The position numbers were made by a program, and so were the translations under genes. A stretch of DNA of 60,927 nucleotides, from contig FR881937.1 of the NCBI GenBank assembly GCA_000435615.1, positions 1 to 60,927 on the forward strand, in the 5' to 3' direction. The notes under the pieces were generated by a model. It saw nothing but the letters and a program-made list of their open reading frames with translations. It was not told where the DNA came from and did no database searches. How positions within the stretch are numbered: the stretch's first letter is position 1; each line of letters opens with the position of its first letter. Shown here in pieces: positions 28,784-38,394 of the stretch. The stretch is from Firmicutes bacterium CAG:238 (lineage in GTDB: Bacteria; Bacillota; Clostridia; Peptostreptococcales; Anaerovoracaceae).

Positions 28784-30487
28784 ATGAATAAGAAGATATC
28801 AGGAAGAAGATGGGTGCTTGCGGCAGTTTTCGTAATCGGAATGCTGGCGTTCACAGGCATGGCTTTCGCAGAAGGAGAGGATGCGCCGATTCACTACGGT
28901 GTTTTATCTTTGGTTGTGCCATTAATTGCTATCGTTTTGTCATTTATTACCAGACAAGTAATTCTTTCGCTGGCAACTGCGGTGTTCGTGGGTGCAGTGA
29001 TTTTAAACGGCGGAAATGTTTTCCATGGTTTCCTCAGAATGTGTGACCAATACATCGTCGGCACGGTGACGGATAGCTGGAATGTAACCTTAATGCTGTT
29101 CATCCTTTCAGTCGGAGGACTGATTGCGGTTATGGCGCGCATGGGCGGCACACAGGCGATGGCACTGGCTATGGCAAAAAAATCCAAAAACACAAAACAC
29201 GCTTTGGTTGTAACCTGGATTATGGGTATTATCATATTCTTTGAGGATATGGCAAACTCCTTAATCGTAGGTCCTACGATGAGACCGGTAACGGACGAGC
29301 TTCGGATTTCCAGAGAAAAACTTTCCTATGTTATCGACTCGACGGCAGGTCCTGTAACCGATATGGCATTCATTTCATCATGGGTTGCTTATGAAATCGG
29401 TATGATCGGCATCGCGCTGACAACAGCAGGTCTTGCGGTTGAAAACACTTACGGCATTTTCCTTGAGACGGTTCCGTATCGTTTCTATAACATCTTTGCG
29501 ATTGCTTTGGTAATTATTATCATTTTAACGCAAAAAGACTACGGTCCGATGTACGCGGCTGAAAAACGTGCCCGCCTTTCCGGCAATCTGGTAAATGAAG
29601 GCTCGACTCCGATGATGAGCAAAGAGCTTGATGCCATGAATGTAAAGGAAGGCACACCACTTCGTATCTGCAATGCAGTCGTACCAATTGTAACTTTTAT
29701 TGTGATTACTCTTTTTGCGATGTATTACACAGGCGGTGGTTTTGACAATACATTCAGCATCGAAACCATCAAAAATGCCTTTGGTGACTGCGATTCCGCT
29801 TCAAGTATTTTCTATGCGGTTATCATTGCTTCCGTTGTCAGCATTGTGATGGCTGTAGCTCAAAAAATTATGACACTTAGAGAAGCAATTGATGTTTGGA
29901 TGAACGGCTGCAAAGAGCTGCTTTTGACAGTTACGATTCTGCTGTTTGCATGGACATCCGGCAGCATCATGTCCGAACTCGGCACAGGTGCTTATATCGC
30001 TGAACTGGTTGGCGACACAGTTCCGGGAGTGATTCTTCCGGTTATCATCTTCGCGGTTTCCTGCCTGGTTTCCTTCTCAACAGGAACCTCCTACGGCACG
30101 ACTGCAATCATGATTCCGATTGCCTTCCCTCTGGCTATGGGCATAAACGGCGGCGTTCTGGATTCTTATGCTGTTCTGACTATCGCAGCAGTAACATGCG
30201 GCGCAATCTTCGGCGACCACTGCTCACCAATCTCTGATACGACAATCATGTCCTCCATGGGATCGGCGGCAGACCTTATGGACCATGTTCGTACACAGAT
30301 TCCGTATGCGGTTACGGCAGCAATTGTTGCAGCGGTATGCGGCTTCATTCCGGCGGCTCTCGGCGTTTCGGCATGGATCTGTCTTCCAATCGGTATCGTT
30401 GTTCTGTACTTGGTTGTAAGATTCCTCGGAAAGAGCACGAACGAAGAAGACCTGAAGAAAGAAGCTGCGCAGGAAGCGGCAGCGTAA
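28784..30487 (+). CDS. NhaC-family Na+/solute transporter
   Basis: ISREKLSYVIDST, FSTGTSYGT, GAIFGDHCSPISDTTIMSS, DHVRTQIPYA. Confidence 0.88.
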   Translation: MNKKISGRRWVLAAVFVIGMLAFTGMAFAEGEDAPIHYGVLSLVVPLIAIVLSFITRQVILSLATAVFVGAVILNGGNVFHGFLRMCDQYIVGTVTDSWNVTLMLFILSVGGLIAVMARMGGTQAMALAMAKKSKNTKHALVVTWIMGIIIFFEDMANSLIVGPTMRPVTDELRISREKLSYVIDSTAGPVTDMAFISSWVAYEIGMIGIALTTAGLAVENTYGIFLETVPYRFYNIFAIALVIIIILTQKDYGPMYAAEKRARLSGNLVNEGSTPMMSKELDAMNVKEGTPLRICNAVVPIVTFIVITLFAMYYTGGGFDNTFSIETIKNAFGDCDSASSIFYAVIIASVVSIVMAVAQKIMTLREAIDVWMNGCKELLLTVTILLFAWTSGSIMSELGTGAYIAELVGDTVPGVILPVIIFAVSCLVSFSTGTSYGTTAIMIPIAFPLAMGINGGVLDSYAVLTIAAVTCGAIFGDHCSPISDTTIMSSMGSAADLMDHVRTQIPYAVTAAIVAAVCGFIPAALGVSAWICLPIGIVVLYLVVRFLGKSTNEEDLKKEAAQEAAA

Positions 30488-30570
30488 GGCAGTGCGCAGA
30501 GCGCTGACTGACCTTGCGGACGCCGCAGGTGCTTGCTCGAAAATAGAACAATCAAATACGATTAAGGCAA

Positions 30571-30614
30571 ACATAATCAACTCCAAAGTTCATTAACTTT
30601 GGAGTTAATTATGT
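30571..30614. terminator. Long hairpin between convergent genes
   Basis: 20-bp arms ACATAATCAACTCCAAAGTT / AACTTTGGAGTTAATTATGT, one mismatch, 4-nt loop. Confidence 0.75.
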
Positions 30615-30625
30615 TAAGTAGAAAG

Positions 30626-31453
30626 CTACAAGTAAAAGCTGTTCTCGGCGCGTCTGCCGCCGTACATGGCTTCCAGCTCTTCTTTATGATAAAGCAAACC
30701 TGTGTCCGTAAAGAGTTTCGCTCCCTGCGGGCATTTTTTTATGCAGGCACAGCATTTGATGCAGATGCCGGGCGTCCTAGTGCAGTCATTCTTATCAATC
30801 GCGCCCATCGGACACACCTCGGCACAGAATCCGCATTGGGTGCAGGCTTTGGTTGTAACCGGTTTTACTTTGCGAATGTCGATGGAATCCCCATGACGGT
30901 CGCGAGGCTGATAATAAGCGGCATTCGGGTCACCGTCAACTTCAACCGGATTGATAGGCTGACAGAACGCAACCGATTTTACCATCTTTCCAAAGACGGA
31001 AAGCGCAAAGTTTTCGGCATCTTTTAAGTCATTTTCGTCCGGTCTGCCGCCGCCGAGCGTGGTTGAGAAGGAATGCTCGCACGAAAAAGCAGCGGCTGCA
31101 ATCGTGTGAAATTCATGTGCTTCCAAGAGGCTGCAAAGCTCGGCAAGGGAATTGTCAAAAGCACGGTTGCCGAAAGTGACAATCGGTATGGCATAAGCCC
31201 CGCCTCCGGTTATGGTATTTAAGTAGTTTAGCAGAAGATTCGGAAGCCTGCCCGCATAAGTCGGACATCCGAAAACCACCAAATCCGTTGCGGTTAATGA
31301 CGGAAACCCTTCGCGTTCCGGCGGCAGGGTGAAATCATATTCGGTGACCTCCACACCACAGCTTGCGGCGAGGCAGTCTGCAACCGTTCTCACGATTTTT
31401 TCGGTCGTGCCGGTCGCACTGAAAAAAATTTTCCATACTTTTTTAATTTCCAT
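30626..31453 (-). CDS. EFR1-family flavodoxin-ferredoxin fusion
   Basis: FFSATGTT, GCPTYAGR, TFGNRAFD, two CxxCxxCxxxCP motifs. Confidence 0.85.
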   Translation of the reverse strand: MEIKKVWKIFFSATGTTEKIVRTVADCLAASCGVEVTEYDFTLPPEREGFPSLTATDLVVFGCPTYAGRLPNLLLNYLNTITGGGAYAIPIVTFGNRAFDNSLAELCSLLEAHEFHTIAAAAFSCEHSFSTTLGGGRPDENDLKDAENFALSVFGKMVKSVAFCQPINPVEVDGDPNAAYYQPRDRHGDSIDIRKVKPVTTKACTQCGFCAEVCPMGAIDKNDCTRTPGICIKCCACIKKCPQGAKLFTDTGLLYHKEELEAMYGGRRAENSFYL

Positions 31454-31469
31454 GATTATGCATCCTTTC

Positions 31470-31958
31470 TCAGCATATATCGGCGGGAAGCCGTTTTTCG
31501 ACCGTATAGGCCAGTATTCCGATCAATATTCCACCGATTAATCCCGTAAAGAGAAGAATCGTAAAATAGCTCATGAGACTTGCAGTGGAAACGATCATGC
31601 ATGCGGCAATGAGCTGCCCGAAATTGTGAGCAACACCCCCCGCCATACTGACTCCCACCATGCTAAACAGGCCCGTGCGTTTCAGAAGATACATGACGGT
31701 GAGACTGAGTATGCCGCCGGCAAAGGAATAAATCATACCGAAGACACCGCTGAACAGAAGCCCGGCCATCACAATTCGAGCACAGTTTATTGAAAATGCA
31801 CGGCGAAACCCCATGCGATAAAGTGCGATAATGATGACAAGGTTTGCTATGCCGAGTTTTACGCCCGGGATGGGAATGGGAATGGGGATCAGGACCTCGA
31901 CATAGGAGAATATTAATGCAAGTGCTGCGAACATTGCGGAGAAAGCAAGCTCTTTCAT
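31470..31958 (-). CDS. Gx transporter family (heptaprenyl diphosphate synthase component I-like) membrane protein
   Basis: IPGVKLGIAN, GGVAHNFGQL. Confidence 0.85.
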   Translation of the reverse strand: MKELAFSAMFAALALIFSYVEVLIPIPIPIPGVKLGIANLVIIIALYRMGFRRAFSINCARIVMAGLLFSGVFGMIYSFAGGILSLTVMYLLKRTGLFSMVGVSMAGGVAHNFGQLIAACMIVSTASLMSYFTILLFTGLIGGILIGILAYTVEKRLPADIC

Positions 31959-31965
31959 TCTTGTA

Positions 31966-32343
31966 TCAGCCCGAGATGACATCGACATCACCTCCTTCGG
32001 GATTGTTCTTTCCGGCCTTGATTTCGACGATGACTCTGTTGGGAAGACAGGCGATGCTGTCCTTTGTATGAGAAATCGTACCGGTCTGCACGCAGACCTG
32101 ATTTTTGCAGGTGGAAGAAGTCATTGAAACTTTACCGTCTTTTATGGTAATATGATTAGAGTGGCCTGATTGCGTGACCTCAATTTCACGATCCTCGGCA
32201 AGCGGATATACACCGAAAACTTGACCGCCTGCTGTAACGACAACCTCATTGCCCTGACGGTCGAAGAAAGCGGCATGCCACGAAATGGCAAGGCCGAACA
32301 CCACAATACATAAAAACAAAACAATATCTGCTTTTTTTATCAT
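31966..32343 (-). CDS. NusG domain II-containing protein
   Basis: MIKKAD, TM anchor, STCKNQVCVQTG.I.....IACLPNRV. Confidence 0.88.
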   Translation of the reverse strand: MIKKADIVLFLCIVVFGLAISWHAAFFDRQGNEVVVTAGGQVFGVYPLAEDREIEVTQSGHSNHITIKDGKVSMTSSTCKNQVCVQTGTISHTKDSIACLPNRVIVEIKAGKNNPEGGDVDVISG

Positions 32344-32375
32344 ATAAAAACTCCTTATGAAAGGTTGGAATATCC

Positions 32376-33521
32376 ATGAACTTTAATAAAAAAACAATTC
32401 GCCGCATGCTCACACGGATGTGCACTCTGACGATATGTCTAATCCTTATTATAACACAAACGGCATGCACCGCCAATGAAAAAACAAACGGAAATACCGG
32501 AGTGAGCAAAACGGGATTTTTCCTGGATACCTTGTGCAGCATCACGATTTTCGGCATATATGATTTGAGTGGAGAGCTCTTGGAGCTTTCGGAAGACGAA
32601 CTTAATCAAAAACTTCTGCTGCTGATTACGGATGCCTTTAAACTTTGTGACAAGTATGAGAAGATGCTCAGCAAAACCATAGAAACATCGGATGTAGCCA
32701 GGATTAACGCAGCAGGCGGAAAAGCCGTAAAAGTCAGCGGTGAAACAGTTGAAGTAATCCGGAAAGGAATCCTGTACGGTGAAATGACGCAGGGTGCTTT
32801 TGACATTACCATCGGCAAAGCCACAGACCTTTGGGGTTTTCGTGAGGCCGAGGCCGGGGAAAGCACAGAATCCGGAATGGTGGGCAAAGTTCCGGAAAAG
32901 AGTGAACTTGCGGAAACGATGAAGCATGTGGATTATAGGAAGATAGAAATAAATGGCAGCAAAGTCAGACTGCTCGATCCTGAAATGGAAATTGACCTTG
33001 GGGGGATCGCAAAAGGATATATCGCGGACAAGGTGACACAGTTTCTTGAAGAGGCAGGCGTGACAAGTGCCATTGTTGACCTTGGCGGCAACATTGTTGC
33101 GATACGAGGGAAAGCAGGAGCACTGCTGAACGCAGAAGGAGAACCACTTGCATTCAAAGTGGGAATTAAAGACCCGCTCTCGGACAGCGGCGACATCATC
33201 GGAATCGTTTCCGCATACGACAAAACGGTTGTGACTTCCGGAACTTATGAAAGATACTTCGTTGAAGACGGAAAAAAATATCACCACATTCTCGACAGTA
33301 AAACAGGATTCCCTGCCGACACGGATGTACTTTCGGTAACGATAATTGCGGATAAGGGACACTCCGTGGACGGCGATGCGCTCTCAACGAGCTGTCTGGC
33401 ATTGGGAATCGAAAAAGGCACGGCGTTAATCCAAAAAATCGATGGCGCAGAGGCGGTGTTTGTGGATACGGACGGAAACATTCACACCACCTCAAATGAA
33501 ATCGCTTTTACGAAGGAATAG
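32376..33521 (+). CDS. apbE: FAD:protein FMN transferase lipoprotein
   Basis: Lipobox QTAC; GAFDITIG, IDLGGIAKGY, DLGGN, VVTSGTYERY, YHHILD. Confidence 0.92.
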   Translation: MNFNKKTIRRMLTRMCTLTICLILIITQTACTANEKTNGNTGVSKTGFFLDTLCSITIFGIYDLSGELLELSEDELNQKLLLLITDAFKLCDKYEKMLSKTIETSDVARINAAGGKAVKVSGETVEVIRKGILYGEMTQGAFDITIGKATDLWGFREAEAGESTESGMVGKVPEKSELAETMKHVDYRKIEINGSKVRLLDPEMEIDLGGIAKGYIADKVTQFLEEAGVTSAIVDLGGNIVAIRGKAGALLNAEGEPLAFKVGIKDPLSDSGDIIGIVSAYDKTVVTSGTYERYFVEDGKKYHHILDSKTGFPADTDVLSVTIIADKGHSVDGDALSTSCLALGIEKGTALIQKIDGAEAVFVDTDGNIHTTSNEIAFTKE

Positions 33522-33542
33522 AAACGCACGCTGCACGCTCTG

Positions 33543-34922
33543 TTATGAGCGCCAAAGCTCGATAAGTCCTTTTATGAGCGGCTCAATCCTTTCCAGCGGC
33601 AGGCGGCTGTAGTAAAAAATCAAAGCACTGGTTTCCTGGTCGGTTATTTCGGACAGGGGAACCATTTGAAGACCGAGTGACTTTGCCTCTTCGCAAAGCT
33701 GCTCGGCTTTTTTTCTTGAACGGACTTTTACCGTGAGGTTGATGCCGGAGTGGGTATCTATCGGAGAAGCGACGCCGCCTCCGTGTGCGGAAAATGCCGA
33801 CAGAGCCGCCTGAAGCTTCTGTGAATACAAACTCCGGAGCTTTCGGATTCCCGTGTAGTAATGGCCGTCCTCCATGAAAAATGCAAGCGTAAGCTGTTCC
33901 GCCTTAGAACAGGTCTGTGTATATTCATGCTTGATGGATCGGAATATCTGTGCCATCTTCTCCGGAAGCACCATGTACGAGATTTTTACAGCCGGAAAAA
34001 GGGTAGATGAGAAGGTTCCCAAATACACCACGCAGCTGCGATTGTCAAGGCCTTGGAGCGCAGGAACCGGCTTGCCGAAATAACGCAGCTCACTGTCGTA
34101 ATCATCTTCAATTATAATGCTGTTGTTTTGCGCGGCCCAATCAAGCAGTTCGTATCTCCTGCCTACAGGCATTACAGCACCGGTAGGAAATTGGTTTGAA
34201 GGATTTACATACACTGCGGATTGTATATTCGCAGGAAGTTTTGCAATTTCAATTCCGTCAGAGGCAACCGGGATGTGAGAAATCGTAAAGCCCGCATCAC
34301 GGAACATGCTTTGGACGGGGAGATAACCCGGCTCTTCCAGGCAGACTAAGCGCAGTCCCATTTTTATGAGAATTCTGGAAAGGTGGCTGGTGATCTGCTG
34401 TGTTCCGGCACCGATTACAATCTGTTCAGGACTTGCAGTAACACCGCGCGATGAATACAGATATTTTGAAATTTCGAAGCGCAGAATGGGTTCTCCCTGC
34501 GGGTCACTCTCGAAGAGAAGCTGGTCGGTGTAGTCATTAAAGACTCGGGCTGAGCATTTCTTCCACTTCACGAAGTCAAAACAACTCGGGTCACTTATAT
34601 AGGCGGATGGCTCGAAAGTAAAACCGCTGATTTCCGAAAGCGGTGCAGAGACTTTCGCGTGTGACGGAGAGGGAGAAATTTCCGCAATATAATAGCCGGA
34701 TTTTGGACGGCTGCTGATGTAGCCTTCAACAAGAAGCTGATTATAGGCGAGTTCGGCTGTAGTGATGCTGATGCCAAGGTCCTTCGACAAAGTGCGAAGG
34801 GAAGGAAGCTTTTCGCCGGATTTCATTTCTCCGGTGAGAATGCGTTGCTTAATTATGTCATACAACTGTAGGTATAAAAACTTCTCATTACTGTCATTTT
34901 GATTGATATAAATCGGTTTCAT
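33543..34922 (-). CDS. MocR/PdxR-type GntR regulator with aminotransferase domain
   Basis: wHTH LPSLR.LSKDLGIS..T...AY.QL..EGYI; NQFPTG, IIEDDYDSE, YLGTFS. Confidence 0.92.
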   Translation of the reverse strand: MKPIYINQNDSNEKFLYLQLYDIIKQRILTGEMKSGEKLPSLRTLSKDLGISITTAELAYNQLLVEGYISSRPKSGYYIAEISPSPSHAKVSAPLSEISGFTFEPSAYISDPSCFDFVKWKKCSARVFNDYTDQLLFESDPQGEPILRFEISKYLYSSRGVTASPEQIVIGAGTQQITSHLSRILIKMGLRLVCLEEPGYLPVQSMFRDAGFTISHIPVASDGIEIAKLPANIQSAVYVNPSNQFPTGAVMPVGRRYELLDWAAQNNSIIIEDDYDSELRYFGKPVPALQGLDNRSCVVYLGTFSSTLFPAVKISYMVLPEKMAQIFRSIKHEYTQTCSKAEQLTLAFFMEDGHYYTGIRKLRSLYSQKLQAALSAFSAHGGGVASPIDTHSGINLTVKVRSRKKAEQLCEEAKSLGLQMVPLSEITDQETSALIFYYSRLPLERIEPLIKGLIELWRS

Positions 34923-34964
34923 AATGTATATTTCCTCAAACTGTTCATATAAAAATAATTATTT

Positions 34965-34995
34965 TTGGATATTTTAATAATAACACATTGGATAT
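34965..34995 (+). promoter_or_regulatory. Putative PdxR operator (direct repeat)
   Basis: TTGGATAT at 34965 and 34988 in the divergent intergenic region. Confidence 0.45.
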
Positions 34996-35033
34996 ATAAT
35001 AGCAATATAAGAAGTGACAGAGAGGTGACAGAA

Positions 35034-35594
35034 ATGAACAGAAATGAAAAAACTTATACAATCGTGATGACGGCAATGATGACGTGCCTGGTGCTTCTCA
35101 CAACCTATACTTTCAAAATTCCGACGCCTTTCCAAGGGTATGTTCATTTGGGGGATGCAATGATTTTCCTGAGCGTGCTTGTCGTAGGAAGAAAGAACGG
35201 TGCTGTGGCGGCTGCATTTGGTTCGGCTCTTGCAGATCTCTTAGGCGGTTATGTGGCATTTGCACCATGGACCTTTGTAATCAAGGGACTTATGGCTTTG
35301 GTTATGGGATGGTTCATCGATTTTATGACAAAAAAACAGAGCAAATCTCTGAAAGTCTGCGGGGTACCGCTGATTGAAATCGTGGGTATGGTTATCGCAG
35401 GAGCGGTTATGGTTCTCGGATACGGCGTTGCGGATGCGGTCCTTGCGGGAAACATCATGACGGGAATCCTCAGCATGCCTGCAAACTGCGGACAGTTCGC
35501 AGCGGGAGTGGTAATTGCAAGTGTTCTTGCGGCGGCTCTCTACAAAACCCCGGCAAAGAAGTATTTCACATACAGACTGGATGAAGCAAGATAA
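35034..35594 (+). CDS. ECF transporter S component (probably vitamin B6-type)
   Basis: GYVHLGDA, GSALADL.GGY..APWTFVIKG; divergent from the MocR regulator. Confidence 0.8.
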   Translation: MNRNEKTYTIVMTAMMTCLVLLTTYTFKIPTPFQGYVHLGDAMIFLSVLVVGRKNGAVAAAFGSALADLLGGYVAFAPWTFVIKGLMALVMGWFIDFMTKKQSKSLKVCGVPLIEIVGMVIAGAVMVLGYGVADAVLAGNIMTGILSMPANCGQFAAGVVIASVLAAALYKTPAKKYFTYRLDEAR

Positions 35595-35615
35595 CAAATA
35601 ATAAGGATACACAAC

Positions 35616-35656
35616 AAAATCCGGCGGATTCACAAATCGGAAGCTGCCGGATTTTT
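35616..35656. terminator. Bidirectional terminator
   Basis: AAAATCCGGCGG...CTGCCGGATTTT. Confidence 0.7.
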
Positions 35657-35682
35657 AGTGGAATAAGATTTATTTCGTTCTG

Positions 35683-36213
35683 TTAGTTTTTCTTTAACTT
35701 TCCTTCAACAATCATACGTGCAATTTTTTCGGCACAATATGCAACGGCTGTAGCACAGTGGAAAGTTCCGTTGTGATCCATGTATCCCTGGTCACCTTCC
35801 GGTGTCTTCCAGTCATATACAGCACCCATGTTGTGAATCATTACTTCCGAGCATAAGATTCCGTCGTATTCTTTGCGGAAGTCTTCAACGAGCTCACGAA
35901 TCATTTCGTGACATTTTTCATAATCACCGCCAAGATCGTTAATCGGTCTTCCGCAGCAAAGGCTGATTGCCCATGCAGCAGCGTTTAATGCACCGCAGGT
36001 TCCAAGGAGCGAGCATCCGCATCCGCCTGCAATGCCGAAGCAAGCCTGAAGCATATCTTCCGTAATTCCTAAATCAGGAAAAGCAGTATATAAACCGTTT
36101 AAGCAGCTCTGAATACAGTTGCCGTAATCCGTTTCCGTCTGGAAACCCACATCCATGGCTTTCTTCACGAGAGCTTCTTTTTCTTCATGAGATAATTTCG
36201 TATAATCCTGCAT
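35683..36213 (-). CDS. C-GCAxxG-C-C family putative redox protein
   Basis: NCIQS, GIAGGCG...GTCGALNA, GILCSE, C-terminal Cys. Confidence 0.8.
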   Translation of the reverse strand: MQDYTKLSHEEKEALVKKAMDVGFQTETDYGNCIQSCLNGLYTAFPDLGITEDMLQACFGIAGGCGCSLLGTCGALNAAAWAISLCCGRPINDLGGDYEKCHEMIRELVEDFRKEYDGILCSEVMIHNMGAVYDWKTPEGDQGYMDHNGTFHCATAVAYCAEKIARMIVEGKLKKN

Positions 36214-36440
36214 ATCTATTCGCCTTCTTTCTTTTGCATTTACCGTTTTCGATATCATTCGCCTAAAACGGCGGATTGTAGCTACATTTTAATTTATACA
36301 TACGCAAAAAACAAGCAAATCAAGAAAATAACAAGATAATTAGCAAACGGGTAGATTGTAATCAGGTTTTGGAAATGGTACTATAATCTCAGTTAAACGA
36401 AAAAAGATGCCATACGGGCATTTGAGAGGGAGGAAATAAT

Positions 36441-38141
36441 ATGAAGTTACTGGTTATCGGAGGTTCTGCGGGCGGTGCATCCACTGCGGCCAGAGTACGC
36501 AGATTGAATGAAGAAGCAGAAATTACGATTTTTGAAAAAGGCAGAGATGTATCGTTCTCCAACTGTTCACTCCCGTATTATACAGGCGGAGTTGTAGAGA
36601 GCAGTGAAGATTTGATTATGATGTTCCCGGAAGACTTCAAGGCAAAACACAATATTGATGTTTATACGCAGACAGAGGTTTTGAAGATTAACAGGGCAGA
36701 GAAAACAATTACCGTAAAAGATTTGAAAAACGGAGAAACAAGGAATGAAGCTTATGACAAGCTTGTACTCGCAACCGGGACGGAGCCGGTTATGCCGGGA
36801 AGTATTGAGGGCATTCATTCCCCGCATGTTTTTACAATTCGTAATGTGGTGGATATTGAACGGCTTCAGGCGAAACTTGACGAAGAAAGCACAAAAAACA
36901 TTGCAGTAGTCGGCGGGGGATTTATCGGTGTGGAAGTTGCCGAGAACTTAAGAAAAATCGGAAAAGAAGTTACCCTGATAGAAGGCACGAAGCAAATATT
37001 GGCACCTTACGATTATGATATGGTGCAGATTCTGCACAAAGAACTGGACGACAACGGCATTACACTTCATGTTTCGGCGACGGTAACCGCCATAGAGAGC
37101 AAGCAGGTAAAGGCTGTAAAAGACGGAAAAGAATTTACGGTTGCCGCAGATGCTGTGGTTATGGCAGTCGGTGCAAGACCGAAGACCGAACTTGCAAAAG
37201 ATGCCGGTCTTGAAATCGGAACCACGGGTGGAATTTGGGTTGATCACAACTACCGGACAAGCGATGCGGATATTTACGCAGTGGGAGATGCCATCGAATC
37301 CTATAATATGCTTGCACATGCGCCGGGCAGGATTGCACTTGCAGGCCCTACGCAGAGACAGGCACGTGCGGCGGCTGACCATATTTGCGGAATGTATAAC
37401 ACAAACAAGGGTTATATTGGTTCTTCCTGCATCAAAGTCTTCGGACAGAATGCGGCATGCACGGGACTTAACGAAAGAGAAGCCAAACGCCTTGGATATT
37501 CCTACGATTCTGTTATGATTTTCCCTATGGACAGAGTGGGTCTGATGCCGGGTGCAAACTATATGGTTTTCAAGCTGGTATTTGAGATTCCTACGGGACG
37601 AATTCTCGGCGCACAAGCAATCGGAACAGGCGAGTGCGATAAGCGCGTGGATGTAATTGCGGCCATGATTACAATGGGTGGCAGGCTTGAAGACTTGAAA
37701 GAACTGGAGCTCTGCTATGCACCGCCGTTCTCAACCGCAAAAGATGTTGTAAACTTAGCGGCATTGGTGGCACTTAATGTATTAAACGGACGAATCAAAC
37801 AAGTCCATGTGGACAAAGTAAGAGAACTTGTTGAACAGGGTGCGTATATTATCGATGTCAGAGGAGCCGGTGAACTGAAAACGGGTCACCTTAAGGGGGC
37901 ACATCATATTCCTCTTAATGAGCTCAGAGACAGACTGGATGAAATTCCAAGGGATATTCCGGTATACCTGCACTGCAGATCCAGCCAGCGCTCCTATTAC
38001 GCAACCTGCACTTTGATCGAAAACGGTTTCACGAATGTGTACAATATCAGCGGATCTTTCCTCGGCATCAGTCTTTATGAGTATTTCAACGACAAAACAC
38101 AAGGAAGAGAACCGATTGTGACACAATATAATTTTGAATAA
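36441..38141 (+). CDS. CoA-disulfide/persulfide reductase with C-terminal rhodanese domain
   Basis: GGSAGG, redox Cys SFSNC, GGGFIG, YAPPFS..KD, rhodanese IDVR...HCRSSQRS. Confidence 0.88.
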   Translation: MKLLVIGGSAGGASTAARVRRLNEEAEITIFEKGRDVSFSNCSLPYYTGGVVESSEDLIMMFPEDFKAKHNIDVYTQTEVLKINRAEKTITVKDLKNGETRNEAYDKLVLATGTEPVMPGSIEGIHSPHVFTIRNVVDIERLQAKLDEESTKNIAVVGGGFIGVEVAENLRKIGKEVTLIEGTKQILAPYDYDMVQILHKELDDNGITLHVSATVTAIESKQVKAVKDGKEFTVAADAVVMAVGARPKTELAKDAGLEIGTTGGIWVDHNYRTSDADIYAVGDAIESYNMLAHAPGRIALAGPTQRQARAAADHICGMYNTNKGYIGSSCIKVFGQNAACTGLNEREAKRLGYSYDSVMIFPMDRVGLMPGANYMVFKLVFEIPTGRILGAQAIGTGECDKRVDVIAAMITMGGRLEDLKELELCYAPPFSTAKDVVNLAALVALNVLNGRIKQVHVDKVRELVEQGAYIIDVRGAGELKTGHLKGAHHIPLNELRDRLDEIPRDIPVYLHCRSSQRSYYATCTLIENGFTNVYNISGSFLGISLYEYFNDKTQGREPIVTQYNFE

Positions 38142-38161
38142 CTTATAAATTATGACTTGAG

Positions 38162-38197
38162 CCCCTTGCTGCTTCCGTGCGGCAGGGGGATTGTTTT
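38162..38197 (+). terminator. Rho-independent terminator
   Basis: CCCCTTGCTGC-ttccgt-GCGGCAGGGGG then T-rich tail. Confidence 0.7.
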
Positions 38198-38394
38198 CGA
38201 TTTGTACAGGCTCACAAAGGTGTAAAAAATGTCAAAATAGCAAAAAAGTTAACAAAAATAGCAAAAAAATTAAATACATTTGTTTTTATTTTGTTAAAAT
38301 GACAATAGATATAACAATATTTACATTTTTTAGGGGGATTGTTTTATACGACAATCTTGGTATTATCACTTATTTTATTTAGGAGGTTTTAGTT

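Noticed and set aside
30488..30540. Small GC-rich hairpins as REP element or ncRNA
   Set aside because: Single occurrence with weak stems; cannot be supported
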